From positions 351,278 to 415,277 of the forward strand of contig CAWACX010000001.1 in NCBI GenBank assembly GCA_963780755.1: a DNA stretch of 64,000 bases, read 5' to 3'. Below are positions 1-8,674 of this stretch, one piece after another (the stretch's first letter is position 1; every line of letters starts with the position of its first letter). The position numbers and the translations under genes are program-made. Source of the stretch: an uncultured Acidobacteriota bacterium (GTDB taxonomy: Bacteria > Actinomycetota > Acidimicrobiia > Spongiisociales > ZC4RG35). The notes under the pieces are model-generated. The model made no database searches and was not told where the DNA came from. It worked only from the letters and a program-made list of their open reading frames with translations.

Positions 1-1
1 G

Positions 2-544
2 TTGCGAAAGGTCGGGGACACCATCGCCCGCCGCGAGTACGGCCGGTTCGTGGCGCGCCGCATCGGCGTCGACCTGGAGACGGTTGAGTCGGCGGTCGCC
101 GGCGACAAGCCGGTCCAGCCCCGCTCCGGCGCCTCGACCGAGCGCCCCTTCGACCGGATCGATGTCGAGTTGCTCCGCCTCATCCTCGCCAACGAAGGCG
201 GTCTTGGAGATGTGAGCACGGTGGACTTCACGGATGACCGCCTTCGCACTGCCTTCGCCGCGATCGCGCCCCAGGTGGAGGTGACGCCATCGGGGACGCC
301 AATCGACATCTCGAGCGTCGAGCCGCTGCTCCAGGGGATGCTGCTCTCTTTGGCATTGGACGATCGCCCACTGGCTTCGGTCGAAGAAATCGCGGGCCGG
401 ATCCGGGAGCGCCGCATCGACAGCCAGATGGCCGAGGTGCAGGCCGCGATGGCCCGGGAGACGCCCGGAAGTGAATCCCATTCCGACTACTTCCAACGCT
501 TGATAGCTTTACAGCGGGAGAAGCGGTCCCCACCGGAGCCGTGA
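2..544 (+). CDS. dnaG: DNA primase, C-terminal part (truncated by window edge)
   Basis: Helical C-terminal region directly upstream of and overlapping (GTGA) the primary sigma factor; typical dnaG-rpoD order. Confidence 0.7.
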   Translation: MRKVGDTIARREYGRFVARRIGVDLETVESAVAGDKPVQPRSGASTERPFDRIDVELLRLILANEGGLGDVSTVDFTDDRLRTAFAAIAPQVEVTPSGTPIDISSVEPLLQGMLLSLALDDRPLASVEEIAGRIRERRIDSQMAEVQAAMARETPGSESHSDYFQRLIALQREKRSPPEP

Positions 545-1669
545 GCGAAGAGATCAACGTGGTCGTTGCCGCCCTGATCAAACGGGGCAAGCATCGTGGC
601 TTCCTGACGATGGCCGAGGTCCAACAGGAGTTGGAGGACGCCGAAGCGTCGGGCGAGGCCTTCGAGAAGGTCGCCGACGCCCTACACGCCCAGGGGATCA
701 GGCTCACCGAGGAAGGTCCAGGGGTCACAGAGGAGTTCGCAGAGGTCGGCCAGATCTCAGTCTCCGACCCGGTTCGCCTCTATCTCAACGAGATCGGCCG
801 TTACCCGCTGCTCACCGCCCAACAGGAAGTCGAGCTGGCGATGCAGATGGAGGCCGGGCGCCGGGCGCAGTGTCGCCTCGACGAGGCCGACCTCACCGAG
901 GAGGATCGCTCTTTCCTCGATCATGAGTTGACGATGGGTGAGGCCGCCCACGACTCGTTGGTGCAGTCAAACCTCCGCCTGGTGGTCGCACTGGCCCGTC
1001 GCTACGTGGGGCGGGGCATGGCGCTTCTCGACCTGATCCAGGAGGGGAACGTCGGGCTGATGCGGGCCGTGGAACGCTTCGACTACAGGACGCGGCTTCA
1101 AGTTCTCCACCTATGCGACGTGGTGGATTCGCCAGGCGATATCGCGGGCCATTGCCGACCAGGGTCGGACTATTCGGATGCCGATCCATGTGCTCGACTC
1201 GGTGAACAAGCTGACCCGGGCGCAGCGGGAACTGACCCAGCAGATGGGTCGGGCACCGACCCTCGACGAGCTGGCGTTCGAGCTGGACATCGAGCCGAGC
1301 CGGGTGGCGGAGTTGCAGCGAATCGCCCAGGACACGGTTTCCCTGGAGACGCCGGTGGGGGAGGACGACGATGGGACTTTGGCCGACCTGGTCGAGGATC
1401 ACGACTCTGACCGGCCCGCCGACGCCGCGACGTTCGCCTCGCTCCAGGACCAGCTGGCTGAGGCCCTCGAAGGACTGAACGAGAGGGAGCGTGAGGTGCT
1501 GATCATGCGCTTCGGTCTCGCCGACGGGCGGATGCGGACCCTCGAGGAGGTGGGCTCGCATTTCAAGGTGACGCGGGAGCGGATCCGGCAGCTCGAGACC
1601 AAGGCGCTGGCCAAGCTGCGCCACCCCGACAAGTCACACAAATTGGAGGGTTTTCTCGAGGGGTCCTGA
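541..1669 (+). CDS. rpoD: Primary sigma-70 factor (region 1.1 to region 4); +1 frameshift near 1090
   Basis: [40 protein letters not shown]; continues in +1 frame with [39 protein letters not shown]. Confidence 0.95.
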
Positions 1670-1731
1670 GCGGCAGCGACTCTCTATATGCTCGCCTCCG
1701 GGACCTGCTCGGTGAGAATGATCCGCGAACA

Positions 1732-2043
1732 ATGATGGAGCTACTGCCGCCTGACTTCGAAGCCCTGGCCTCCAAGAAAGACATTGGCCGCGTCGAGACG
1801 GGGATGGGCCGATTCGAGGAGCGAATGGATCGCCTGGACACTCGGATGGACCACTTGGAGGAGCGGATGGACCGCTTCGAGCAGAGGTTGGATCGGTTCG
1901 AAACGTCTATGGAGAGGTTCGACGACCGCCTCCACGACTTCCATTCGGCTCTGCGAGAGCAAACCCGGATCTACATCTTGGCGTCGACGACTTCCGCCCT
2001 GACGGTGGGTGCAATGGCTTTCGCCGCCGCCAAACTGGTCTGA
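1732..2043 (+). CDS. Coiled-coil protein with C-terminal membrane anchor (DUF1640/CCDC90-like); may start upstream
   Basis: LASKKDI motif, about six heptads RMDRxxx, hydrophobic C-terminus. Confidence 0.65.
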   Translation: MMELLPPDFEALASKKDIGRVETGMGRFEERMDRLDTRMDHLEERMDRFEQRLDRFETSMERFDDRLHDFHSALREQTRIYILASTTSALTVGAMAFAAAKLV

Positions 2044-2103
2044 CCAGCCGAATCTGGCTACCCGGGGCGGCGTTGGTATCCTTCCCCTGCCAACCGGCAC
2101 CCT

Positions 2104-2176
2104 TCCGCGGTAGCTCAATTGGTAGAGCAGTGGACTGTTAATCCATTGGTTGTAGGTTCGAGTCCTACCCGCGGAG
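2104..2176 (+). tRNA. tRNA-Asn(GTT)
   Basis: Cloverleaf TCCGCGG/CCGCGGA acceptor, TAGCTCAATTGGTAGAGC D-arm, CTGTTAA anticodon loop, GGTTCGAGTCC T-arm; CCA not fully encoded. Confidence 0.97.
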
Positions 2177-2504
2177 CCGGATTTCTGCTGGTCGTGATTG
2201 AGAAATCAGTGCGGCGACGTGAGCGAAGACGTGTGACATGTGTAGCCACCGGGCACGGCCATCGGGCACGGGTGCACATTAAGAGACTGTGAAGGCCTCT
2301 TATCCCTTATCCGGGGAGTGAGGACAAGCAGGCGGGGCGTGCTACTCCCAACTAGAACTGCCCGAGCCGCTCTATATGCGCCGTTCCGAGCGGGTGGACT
2401 TCGGCTGAGCTCGAACATTCTGATCGGCTTGCGCGGTCCAGGAGTGGGTTGCCGTCCGAGGACAGATCGGCATTTGAAACGGGAGCGATACGTAGGCTCC
2501 GTGA

Positions 2505-3500
2505 ATGAGCGACGAGATGACGTACGGGCGTCTGGGGCGCTCCGGTCTGCTGGTGAGCCGAGTCGGGCTGGGGACGATGAGCTTCGGCTTCAACACCGAC
2601 GAGTCGAGCAGTTTCGCGGTGATGGACGCCGCGATCGATGCGGGTATTAACTTCTTCGACACCGCCGACGTGTACGGCGGTCCGCAGTCGCCGGACATGG
2701 ACAAGGGCTACGGCATCTCGGAGGAGATCATCGGGCGATGGCTGCAGCGCAGCGGACGCCGCGACGAGATTGTGTTGGCCTCGAAGGTGTACCAGCCGAT
2801 GGGTCTTGGGCCGAACGACCGCCGGTTGTCGGCGTATCACATTCGGCGTGCGTGCGAGGCGAGCTTGCGGCGACTGCAGACCGACCACATCGACCTGTAT
2901 CAGATGCATCACGTCGATCGGGCGACGCCGTGGGACGAGATCTGGCAGGCGATGGAGCAGTTGGTGCGCGACGGCAAGATCACCTACGTCGGCAGCAGCA
3001 ACTTTGCCGGGTGGGACGTGGCCCTCGCCCAATCAGCCGCTGCGACCCGTCACTTCGTGGGGCTGACTTCTGAGCAGAGCTTGTACAACCTCGCTGTGCG
3101 AACCGTGGAGCTGGAGTTGATCCCTGCGCTGCGTGCTCTCGGCATCGGCCTGATTCCGTACAGCCCGCTCCACGCTGGTCTGCTTACCGGTGTGTTAGCA
3201 GCGGCCAACGAGGGGCGGATCTCCGATGACGCGATGCGGCATCGCGTCGAGGCGCACCGCGATCAGCTCGAAGCGTATGAAGGTTTGTGCCGGGAGCTGG
3301 GGGCGAAGCCGGTCGATGTGGCGATCGCTTGGCTGTTGCGGAACCCGGTCGTGGCCACGACGGTGGTCGGACCGACGACGAGCGAGGAGTTGCGGGCCGA
3401 CCTCGGTGGGTTGTCCCTGCACTTGGATGACGAGGTTGTCGAACGACTCGATTCGATATGGCCGGGGCCGGGCGAAGCTCCGCAGGCATATGCCTGGTGA
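2505..3500 (+). CDS. Aldo/keto reductase
   Basis: LGRSGLLVSRVGLGTM, GINFFDTADVYG, SLRRLQTDHIDLYQMH, YSPLHAGLL. Confidence 0.95.
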   Translation: MSDEMTYGRLGRSGLLVSRVGLGTMSFGFNTDESSSFAVMDAAIDAGINFFDTADVYGGPQSPDMDKGYGISEEIIGRWLQRSGRRDEIVLASKVYQPMGLGPNDRRLSAYHIRRACEASLRRLQTDHIDLYQMHHVDRATPWDEIWQAMEQLVRDGKITYVGSSNFAGWDVALAQSAAATRHFVGLTSEQSLYNLAVRTVELELIPALRALGIGLIPYSPLHAGLLTGVLAAANEGRISDDAMRHRVEAHRDQLEAYEGLCRELGAKPVDVAIAWLLRNPVVATTVVGPTTSEELRADLGGLSLHLDDEVVERLDSIWPGPGEAPQAYAW

Positions 3501-3816
3501 GCTGTTCACGGCGATCACCACGTCAGGGAACGACGCTGGTGTCGGCGTAACGCCACGCATATCTGCCGATCTGCTCGCTACGACAACTGCTCAGCCACCG
3601 CCAGCTCGCTCAGAACAACGCCCGAAGGAGGACGCAGCACCCACGCGCTAACCGGCAATATCGCTCGGCTCAGACGGGCGCACCGCACTCGTGTGTAGCC
3701 ATTTGTGTAGCCGTACGTACCCGGACTGGACAGCACCAGACAACACGACTGGTCGAAATTCGTAGACAGGACAGCACCAAACGTCACCGACCGGGACTGG
3801 ACGGACGGGGTGGGCG

Positions 3817-3863
3817 GGACTGTTAATCCATTGGTTGTAGGTTCGAGTTCTACCCGCGGAGCC
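3817..3863 (+). repeat. att-site direct repeat (3' half of tRNA-Asn)
   Basis: GGACTGTTAATCCATTGGTTGTAGGTTCGAGTTCTACCCGCGGAGCC, 46/47 identical to 2132-2178. Confidence 0.95.
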
Positions 3864-3999
3864 CCACACTCGGGATGCATGCCCTCTATCCCGTTCAAAG
3901 GCCGCAAGCCGGTCTCTCCGTAGACAAGAAATTCCAAGGACTGGTCGTACGCGCTCTCTGATTTCAGCTTTCATCGGTTAGCAACATCGGAAGGCTGCC

Positions 4000-4467
4000 C
4001 TGGTTCAAGATCGGACCATCGTCGAAGGATTCACCGAGTTCGTCCTCGGCAACGAACAGCGGCTCCGTCACGCTTTGAGCGCAACCCTTGGATTGGAGAC
4101 CGGCCGTGAAGCGGCAGCCGAAGCCCTGGCTTATGGCTGGGAGCATTGGGAACGGATCAGGGAAATGGAGAACTCGGTCGGCTATCTCTATGTGGTGGGT
4201 CGGGACCGGGGGCGGAAGATGAGCCGGACCCGACATGTCGTCTACCCCGATGTCATCGAGGATCGCACCCCGTGGGTGGAGCCGGGACTGCCCCGGGCGC
4301 TGGCCGCCCTCCCCGAGAGGGAGCGCGTGGTGGTCCTCCTGGTTCATGCTTACGGATGGGCGATGAGTGAAGTGGCCGAATTGCTCGAAGTGACCAAGAG
4401 CACGGTGCAGACCCACTCTGAAAGAGGCGTCAAGAAGCTTCGTCGCAAGTTGGGGGTGAGCCTGTGA
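4000..4467 (+). CDS. ECF RNA polymerase sigma factor (start uncertain: CTG 4000 or TTG 4075)
   Basis: Region 2-like EALAYGWEHWERI..NSVGYLY; region 4 LAALPERERVVVLL..EVAELLEVTKSTVQTH. Confidence 0.85.
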   Translation: MVQDRTIVEGFTEFVLGNEQRLRHALSATLGLETGREAAAEALAYGWEHWERIREMENSVGYLYVVGRDRGRKMSRTRHVVYPDVIEDRTPWVEPGLPRALAALPERERVVVLLVHAYGWAMSEVAELLEVTKSTVQTHSERGVKKLRRKLGVSL

Positions 4468-5742
4468 GCCATGACTTGCTGAGCCAGATCCGGGAATACG
4501 GGTCGCAGATGGACGACTCACAAGCCCCACTCACCGTGTCTGAAGTCATCGACCGGGCCAGTGTGGTGCAGACCATCCCTCAGGACCTTCGTGGCATCCA
4601 CCCCCGACCATCGAGACGTGGACTCAAAGCCGTCGCAATTGCGGCCGGTCTCGTTGTCGTGGTGGCGCTCAGCATCGTCCTCGCCGCCACCCGCACCGAC
4701 GTTCCGCCCGCAGCCACCACAATCCCTACACCGAAGCTCCAGAATGAATGGGTCGCCTTCCCGATTGGCGACTCGGCTGGTGATCACGACATTTACTTGG
4801 TGAGTGTGGGTGAATCGGCGTTTCGGGTGGTCGGTTCGGATTCCGATGGTCTCGACCAGGAGTGCCCGGCTTTCTCGCCCGATGGTGGCCGGCTGGCGTA
4901 CGGGGAAGCCGAAGGAACCTTCGAGACTGACTATGCCAGTGGGGCTTTGGTGGTCGCCGATGTCGATCCCGATGGCACCTTGTCGGAGGCGATCAGGGTC
5001 GATACTGGGCCTAGCTCGGCCCACCCATGCCCCACGTGGTCCCCGGACGGGGAGAACATTGCCGTCGCTGTGAGGGAGAGCGGCGCTGGCGGCGATATCT
5101 GGATAGTCCCCACCGACACCCTATCGCCAACCGTGCTCGAGAGCTCCTACGTTTCTCCTGACCCACCGGCGTTTAACTTCGACTCGGATTTCGAGTTCTC
5201 TCCCAACGGGACCGAGATCGCCGTCACGGATGAGGGAGGCATCAGCCTCTATGTAGTCGCCACCCAACGGAGGCGGTCCCTGGAGGGCACAGCTGGGGCC
5301 AGGACTCTGACCTGGTCACCGGACGGCACCCAGATCGCCTACGAGTTCGATTTCGATGGCAGTCCGGACGAAATCCGCATAATCGAGGTCGACGGAACCG
5401 AGCACCATACGGTTGGTCGGCAACTACGAGGCGCTGCACGGGATCGGGCCGGCATGGTCCCCTAACGGGGATCAGATCCTCTATCAGCGGGTGTGTTGCG
5501 GCGGCGAACGGCATGAGGTAGTTCTGGTGACGTTGGACGGACAGGAGGTCATCCTTCCCCAACTGCAATTGCCGGGAATCGAGGGCACTTGGTGGCCTCG
5601 CAGTGTGACTTGGTCGCCCGATGGCAGCCAACTGCTGGTGAGGGCGTGGAATTATGAAAACGAAACAGGCCAGAACGCCCTGATTGCTGTGCCCGTCGAT
5701 CCAGAATCAGATCCGGTCATGCTGTATAGAGGGGATTTCTAG
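4464..5742 (+). CDS. Single-TM protein with TolB/PD40 beta-propeller, putative anti-sigma partner; +1 frameshift near 5413
   Basis: TM segment then repeated PxW/FSPDG motifs in both 4464..5465 and 5413..5742; GTGA overlap with ECF sigma. Confidence 0.75.
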
Positions 5743-5806
5743 CGGTCCCTGACGCGTGAACTGGGGCAGTCTGCGCTGAAGTGGTTCAGCCCATGATGGT
5801 GCGGAG

Positions 5807-6025
5807 CTATGCGGGGTAGTTGCGCCGGACGATCTCGGTAGCGGCCTCTCGATCTGCAGCGTGGACCAGCAGGTACGACGGCTCTAGAGCGGAGAGACCA
5901 CCAGTCTCTGGGTAGAGGTTCTTCATTAGACGCACTTCGAGCCCGACGTCTTTGCATGCAGCCTCGATGAGACTCGCACGGAAGAGGTCGTATCCAACCT
6001 CGATTCTCACCGTCTGATCGTCCAT
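5807..6025 (-). CDS. Small protein, DUF2007/putative signal-transducing family
   Basis: FRASLIEAACKDVGLEV...LLVHAADREAATEIV pattern; GAGAGGAG RBS before ATG. Confidence 0.55.
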   Translation of the reverse strand: MDDQTVRIEVGYDLFRASLIEAACKDVGLEVRLMKNLYPETGGLSALEPSYLLVHAADREAATEIVRRNYPA

Positions 6026-6041
6026 GAACTCCTCTCGGAGG

Positions 6042-6488
6042 TTAGACCTCGACCGCGATCGACCTGGTCCGGCGAAGTGCCTCATCGATGACTCCCGCCT
6101 CTTCGTCACTGATGTGCCTGCCGAATTCGCGCTCCATCACGTCGAGGACATGGGGATCGGACGCCCTTTGAATTGCCTTGCCTTCCTCGGTGAGAGCGAG
6201 TTGAAATACGCGGCGATCCGTGGGACACGACATTCGCGCCACCAGGCCAGCCTCCTCGAGGCGGTCGACGAACCGGGTAGCCCCACTCTTGGTGAGCGTG
6301 GTCTCGTCAGCGAACTGGCTCATCTGCATCGATCCACCGGCGAGAGCGATCTCGATCAGCGCCTCGTACCAGGCTCCCGAGATACCTACCTCGCGCCGAA
6401 GCGTCTCGTCTATGGCCGAGGTGACTCTGGAGTGAACGTGCATTATCTCGCGCCATGCACGGACCTTGTCAGAAGGGGCTCTGGGCAT
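6042..6488 (-). CDS. MarR family transcriptional regulator
   Basis: LTKSGATRFVDRLEEAGLVAR..CPTDRRVFQLALTEEG. Confidence 0.92.
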   Translation of the reverse strand: MPRAPSDKVRAWREIMHVHSRVTSAIDETLRREVGISGAWYEALIEIALAGGSMQMSQFADETTLTKSGATRFVDRLEEAGLVARMSCPTDRRVFQLALTEEGKAIQRASDPHVLDVMEREFGRHISDEEAGVIDEALRRTRSIAVEV

Positions 6489-6508
6489 AAGCCCATGATA
6501 CCGGGGAA

Positions 6509-6543
6509 TAGTTGCACGGCACAATGGTTGTAGTTAGCAACTA
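6509..6543. promoter_or_regulatory. Putative MarR operator
   Basis: Inverted repeat TAGTTGC...GCAACTA in the AT-richer divergent marR/yceI spacer. Confidence 0.5.
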
Positions 6544-6569
6544 AGTACAGATCGAACAAAGGAGACGCC

Positions 6570-7124
6570 GTGACAATTGAGACTTCTACCCGACCTCAGA
6601 TAGAGACTGGAACCTGGACCATCGACAAGGCCCACACCAGGATCGACTTCCTCGCCAAGCACCTGATGGTGACCAAAGTGCGGGGGCACTTCGCCGACTA
6701 CCAAGCGAATGTGGAGGTCGGAGACGACCTGAGCGACTCCAGAATCGACCTGACGTTCGAAGCTTCCAGCATCACAACGAGCGCAGCCGATCGTGACAAC
6801 CACCTTCGGTCGAGTGACTTCCTCGACATCGAAAACCACCCCGAGATCAGCTTCGTCTCCACTGACATCAAGAGTGAAGGCGACGTCTGGAAGATCACTG
6901 GCGACCTGACAATTCGGGGGACGACTCGACCCATCGTCCTCGACGCGACCTACGAGGGCTCCGCTACCGACCCGTGGGGACGCGAGCACGTGGGGTTCTC
7001 GGCGAGCACCCAGTTCAATCGTGAGGATTGGGGTCTCACCTGGAACGCTGCCCTCGAAGGCGGCGGTTGGCTGGTTTCGAAGGAGATCCGCATCGAGATC
7101 GAAGGCCAACTCGTCCGTCCCTGA
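6570..7124 (+). CDS. YceI family protein
   Basis: GTWTIDKAHTRIDF, HLMVTKVRG, RDNHLRSSDFLD, GDLTIRG, REDWGLTWN; GGAG RBS. Confidence 0.95.
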   Translation: MTIETSTRPQIETGTWTIDKAHTRIDFLAKHLMVTKVRGHFADYQANVEVGDDLSDSRIDLTFEASSITTSAADRDNHLRSSDFLDIENHPEISFVSTDIKSEGDVWKITGDLTIRGTTRPIVLDATYEGSATDPWGREHVGFSASTQFNREDWGLTWNAALEGGGWLVSKEIRIEIEGQLVRP

Positions 7125-7159
7125 CTCGTAGCTTCCCTCCCCAGGGATAGCTTGGCGGG

Positions 7160-7645
7160 GTGCCACCAGAAAGGTCGAAGCTCGATCTGACGGTTGCGGC
7201 GGTGGCGATCGCCTTGCTGCTCGTGTCGTGCAGCAGCTTCGCGGAACGCTCGTTCGAGACCGATTCGGGCTCATGGGTTGTCTTCACCCAGCCGGCACTG
7301 CTCATGGGTGGGCGGGAGGCGCAGGTCATAGGGTTCGTCGAGATGGACCGGGAGACGGGCTGCGTCTACCTCCATCAGCCTGAGTTTGAGATCACCTACC
7401 CGAGCGTTTGGCCCGCCGGCACCGTCGTCACCCAAAACGGGCTCCGGCTGGGCGATGGTCGGGCGGTGCCTGAAGGGGAGTGGGTCGCCGGAGGCGGCGG
7501 CTACGTCGACGTCGACACCAAGGAAAGCGGCGGGGTCGGCTCCGACGAAGCCCGTGTTCTGGAACGCTGCCCTGGGGTCAACAATCAGTACGGGGAGGTT
7601 GCTGTCTTCGACTCGTCAGCGGGCGATATCGAGATCGGCGATTGA
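7160..7645 (+). CDS. Putative lipoprotein
   Basis: Hydrophobic signal with LLVSC lipobox; GC..VWPAGT..GGG pattern. Confidence 0.6.
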   Translation: MPPERSKLDLTVAAVAIALLLVSCSSFAERSFETDSGSWVVFTQPALLMGGREAQVIGFVEMDRETGCVYLHQPEFEITYPSVWPAGTVVTQNGLRLGDGRAVPEGEWVAGGGGYVDVDTKESGGVGSDEARVLERCPGVNNQYGEVAVFDSSAGDIEIGD

Positions 7646-8246
7646 CCCGACGCAGGTCTCAGCGGCGGGGCTCGGTCCGCGTAACGGACCTCCCAACCCT
7701 GGGGCCACCGTGCGGACGGATGTAATCGACGTTAAGCAACGGCGGGCCTGGGCACTCTGAGTGGGCGGTGGATACCGCAGGTGAAGTCGGCACTCCCTTT
7801 GTGGCCCACCTCTCAGCGGTCCTGAAGACCGGCTCAGTATCTTCCGGGGCGCCAATCGTCGCGGCGAGCCTTCTCGACGCCCGAGCTATCGATCTATGGA
7901 GGACATACACCCAAGAGTTCGTCGAGGCAGTCCAGTAGTCCTCGCCCGAAGAGGACCTCGTGGCCCTCGGGCAAATCGTCGACTCGACGATGATCACACC
8001 TGATGGTGTCAGCCGGCTGGTCGCCGGGCGCGATCCGAGTAACGGACCTCCCAGCCCTGAGGCCAGCTTGCCGGGTCGATGGCCTCTTCCCAGACGTCGA
8101 GGAGCCCGAGCACGGCGTTCAACATGTTGTTTACTGCTTCACGAGCGTTGACTGCCGGGAGGGTGCCCGTGGCCGACCTTTGTATGAGGACCATGCCAGT
8201 ACTTTCCCCAGGCACGCTGAGTTCAACCGCCATCGGCGACTCGAGC

Positions 8247-8465
8247 TCAGTCGGGGTCGGAGGTGGAACCTTGGTCGCTGTTCGTCCGGCGCCCCGACCA
8301 GATCAGCCAGAGCCCGATCAGGACGGCCACGGCACCGAGGAGGACCCATGTCACGTCGCCGGTCATCCCGCTCTGTGGGGCAAAGGAGACGTCGAGACCC
8401 TGGAGGATCCAAACAATGCCGGCAAGGGTGAGGATGATCCCGAAGGCGAGACGGACCTTGTTCAC
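8247..8465 (-). CDS. Small two-TM membrane protein
   Basis: GIVWILQG...SGMTG...W motif with two hydrophobic helices. Confidence 0.65.
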   Translation of the reverse strand: MNKVRLAFGIILTLAGIVWILQGLDVSFAPQSGMTGDVTWVLLGAVAVLIGLWLIWSGRRTNSDQGSTSDPD

Positions 8466-8482
8466 CGTCGAGACGCTAGCTC

Positions 8483-8512
8483 TTGACAGCAGCGACCCCG
8501 CCTGTGGATAAT
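8483..8512 (+). promoter_or_regulatory. Sigma-A type promoter of leader peptide/pheA fusion
   Basis: TTGACA (8483-8488), 18-nt spacer ending TGTG, GATAAT (8507-8512); ATG 8 nt downstream. Confidence 0.7.
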
Positions 8513-8520
8513 CGCCGCAC

Positions 8521-8601
8521 ATGAAGGCGACCTTCAACCCGGCCGATTCCAGCGCTGCGCAGCGTTCGTTCGGGTTCGCCTACTTCTACTTCGGCGCCTA
8601 G
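8521..8601 (+). CDS. Phe/Tyr-rich leader peptide MKATFNPADSSAAQRSFGFAYFYFGA (pheL-like)
   Basis: 26-codon ORF, 6 Phe/Tyr codons within 8 positions near the stop, 73 nt upstream of the Phe/aromatic biosynthesis gene. Confidence 0.85.
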   Translation: MKATFNPADSSAAQRSFGFAYFYFGA

Positions 8602-8674
8602 CGCCGATTCACCCCACCCCCGCGCCACTCGAATCCACCTCTGACGCAACGCGTCCCATATACCGATTGATGAG

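Larger units (their letters stand above)
2132..3863. mobile_element. tRNA-Asn-integrated mini-islet (attL/attR bounded, no integrase)
   Basis: 47-bp 3' part of tRNA (2132-2178) repeated at 3817-3863 with 1 mismatch; encloses one aldo/keto reductase gene. Confidence 0.8.

Noticed and set aside
541-1669. rpoD pseudogene or programmed frameshift
   Set aside because: Essential gene otherwise intact, no slippery site, and same +1 signature as seven other sites
1790-1945. CRISPR-like periodic repeats
   Set aside because: 21-bp degenerate coding heptad repeats with no spacers; no cas genes or array anywhere in the window
3811-3870. Second tRNA-Asn gene
   Set aside because: Lacks the 5' acceptor strand and D-arm; only the att duplication
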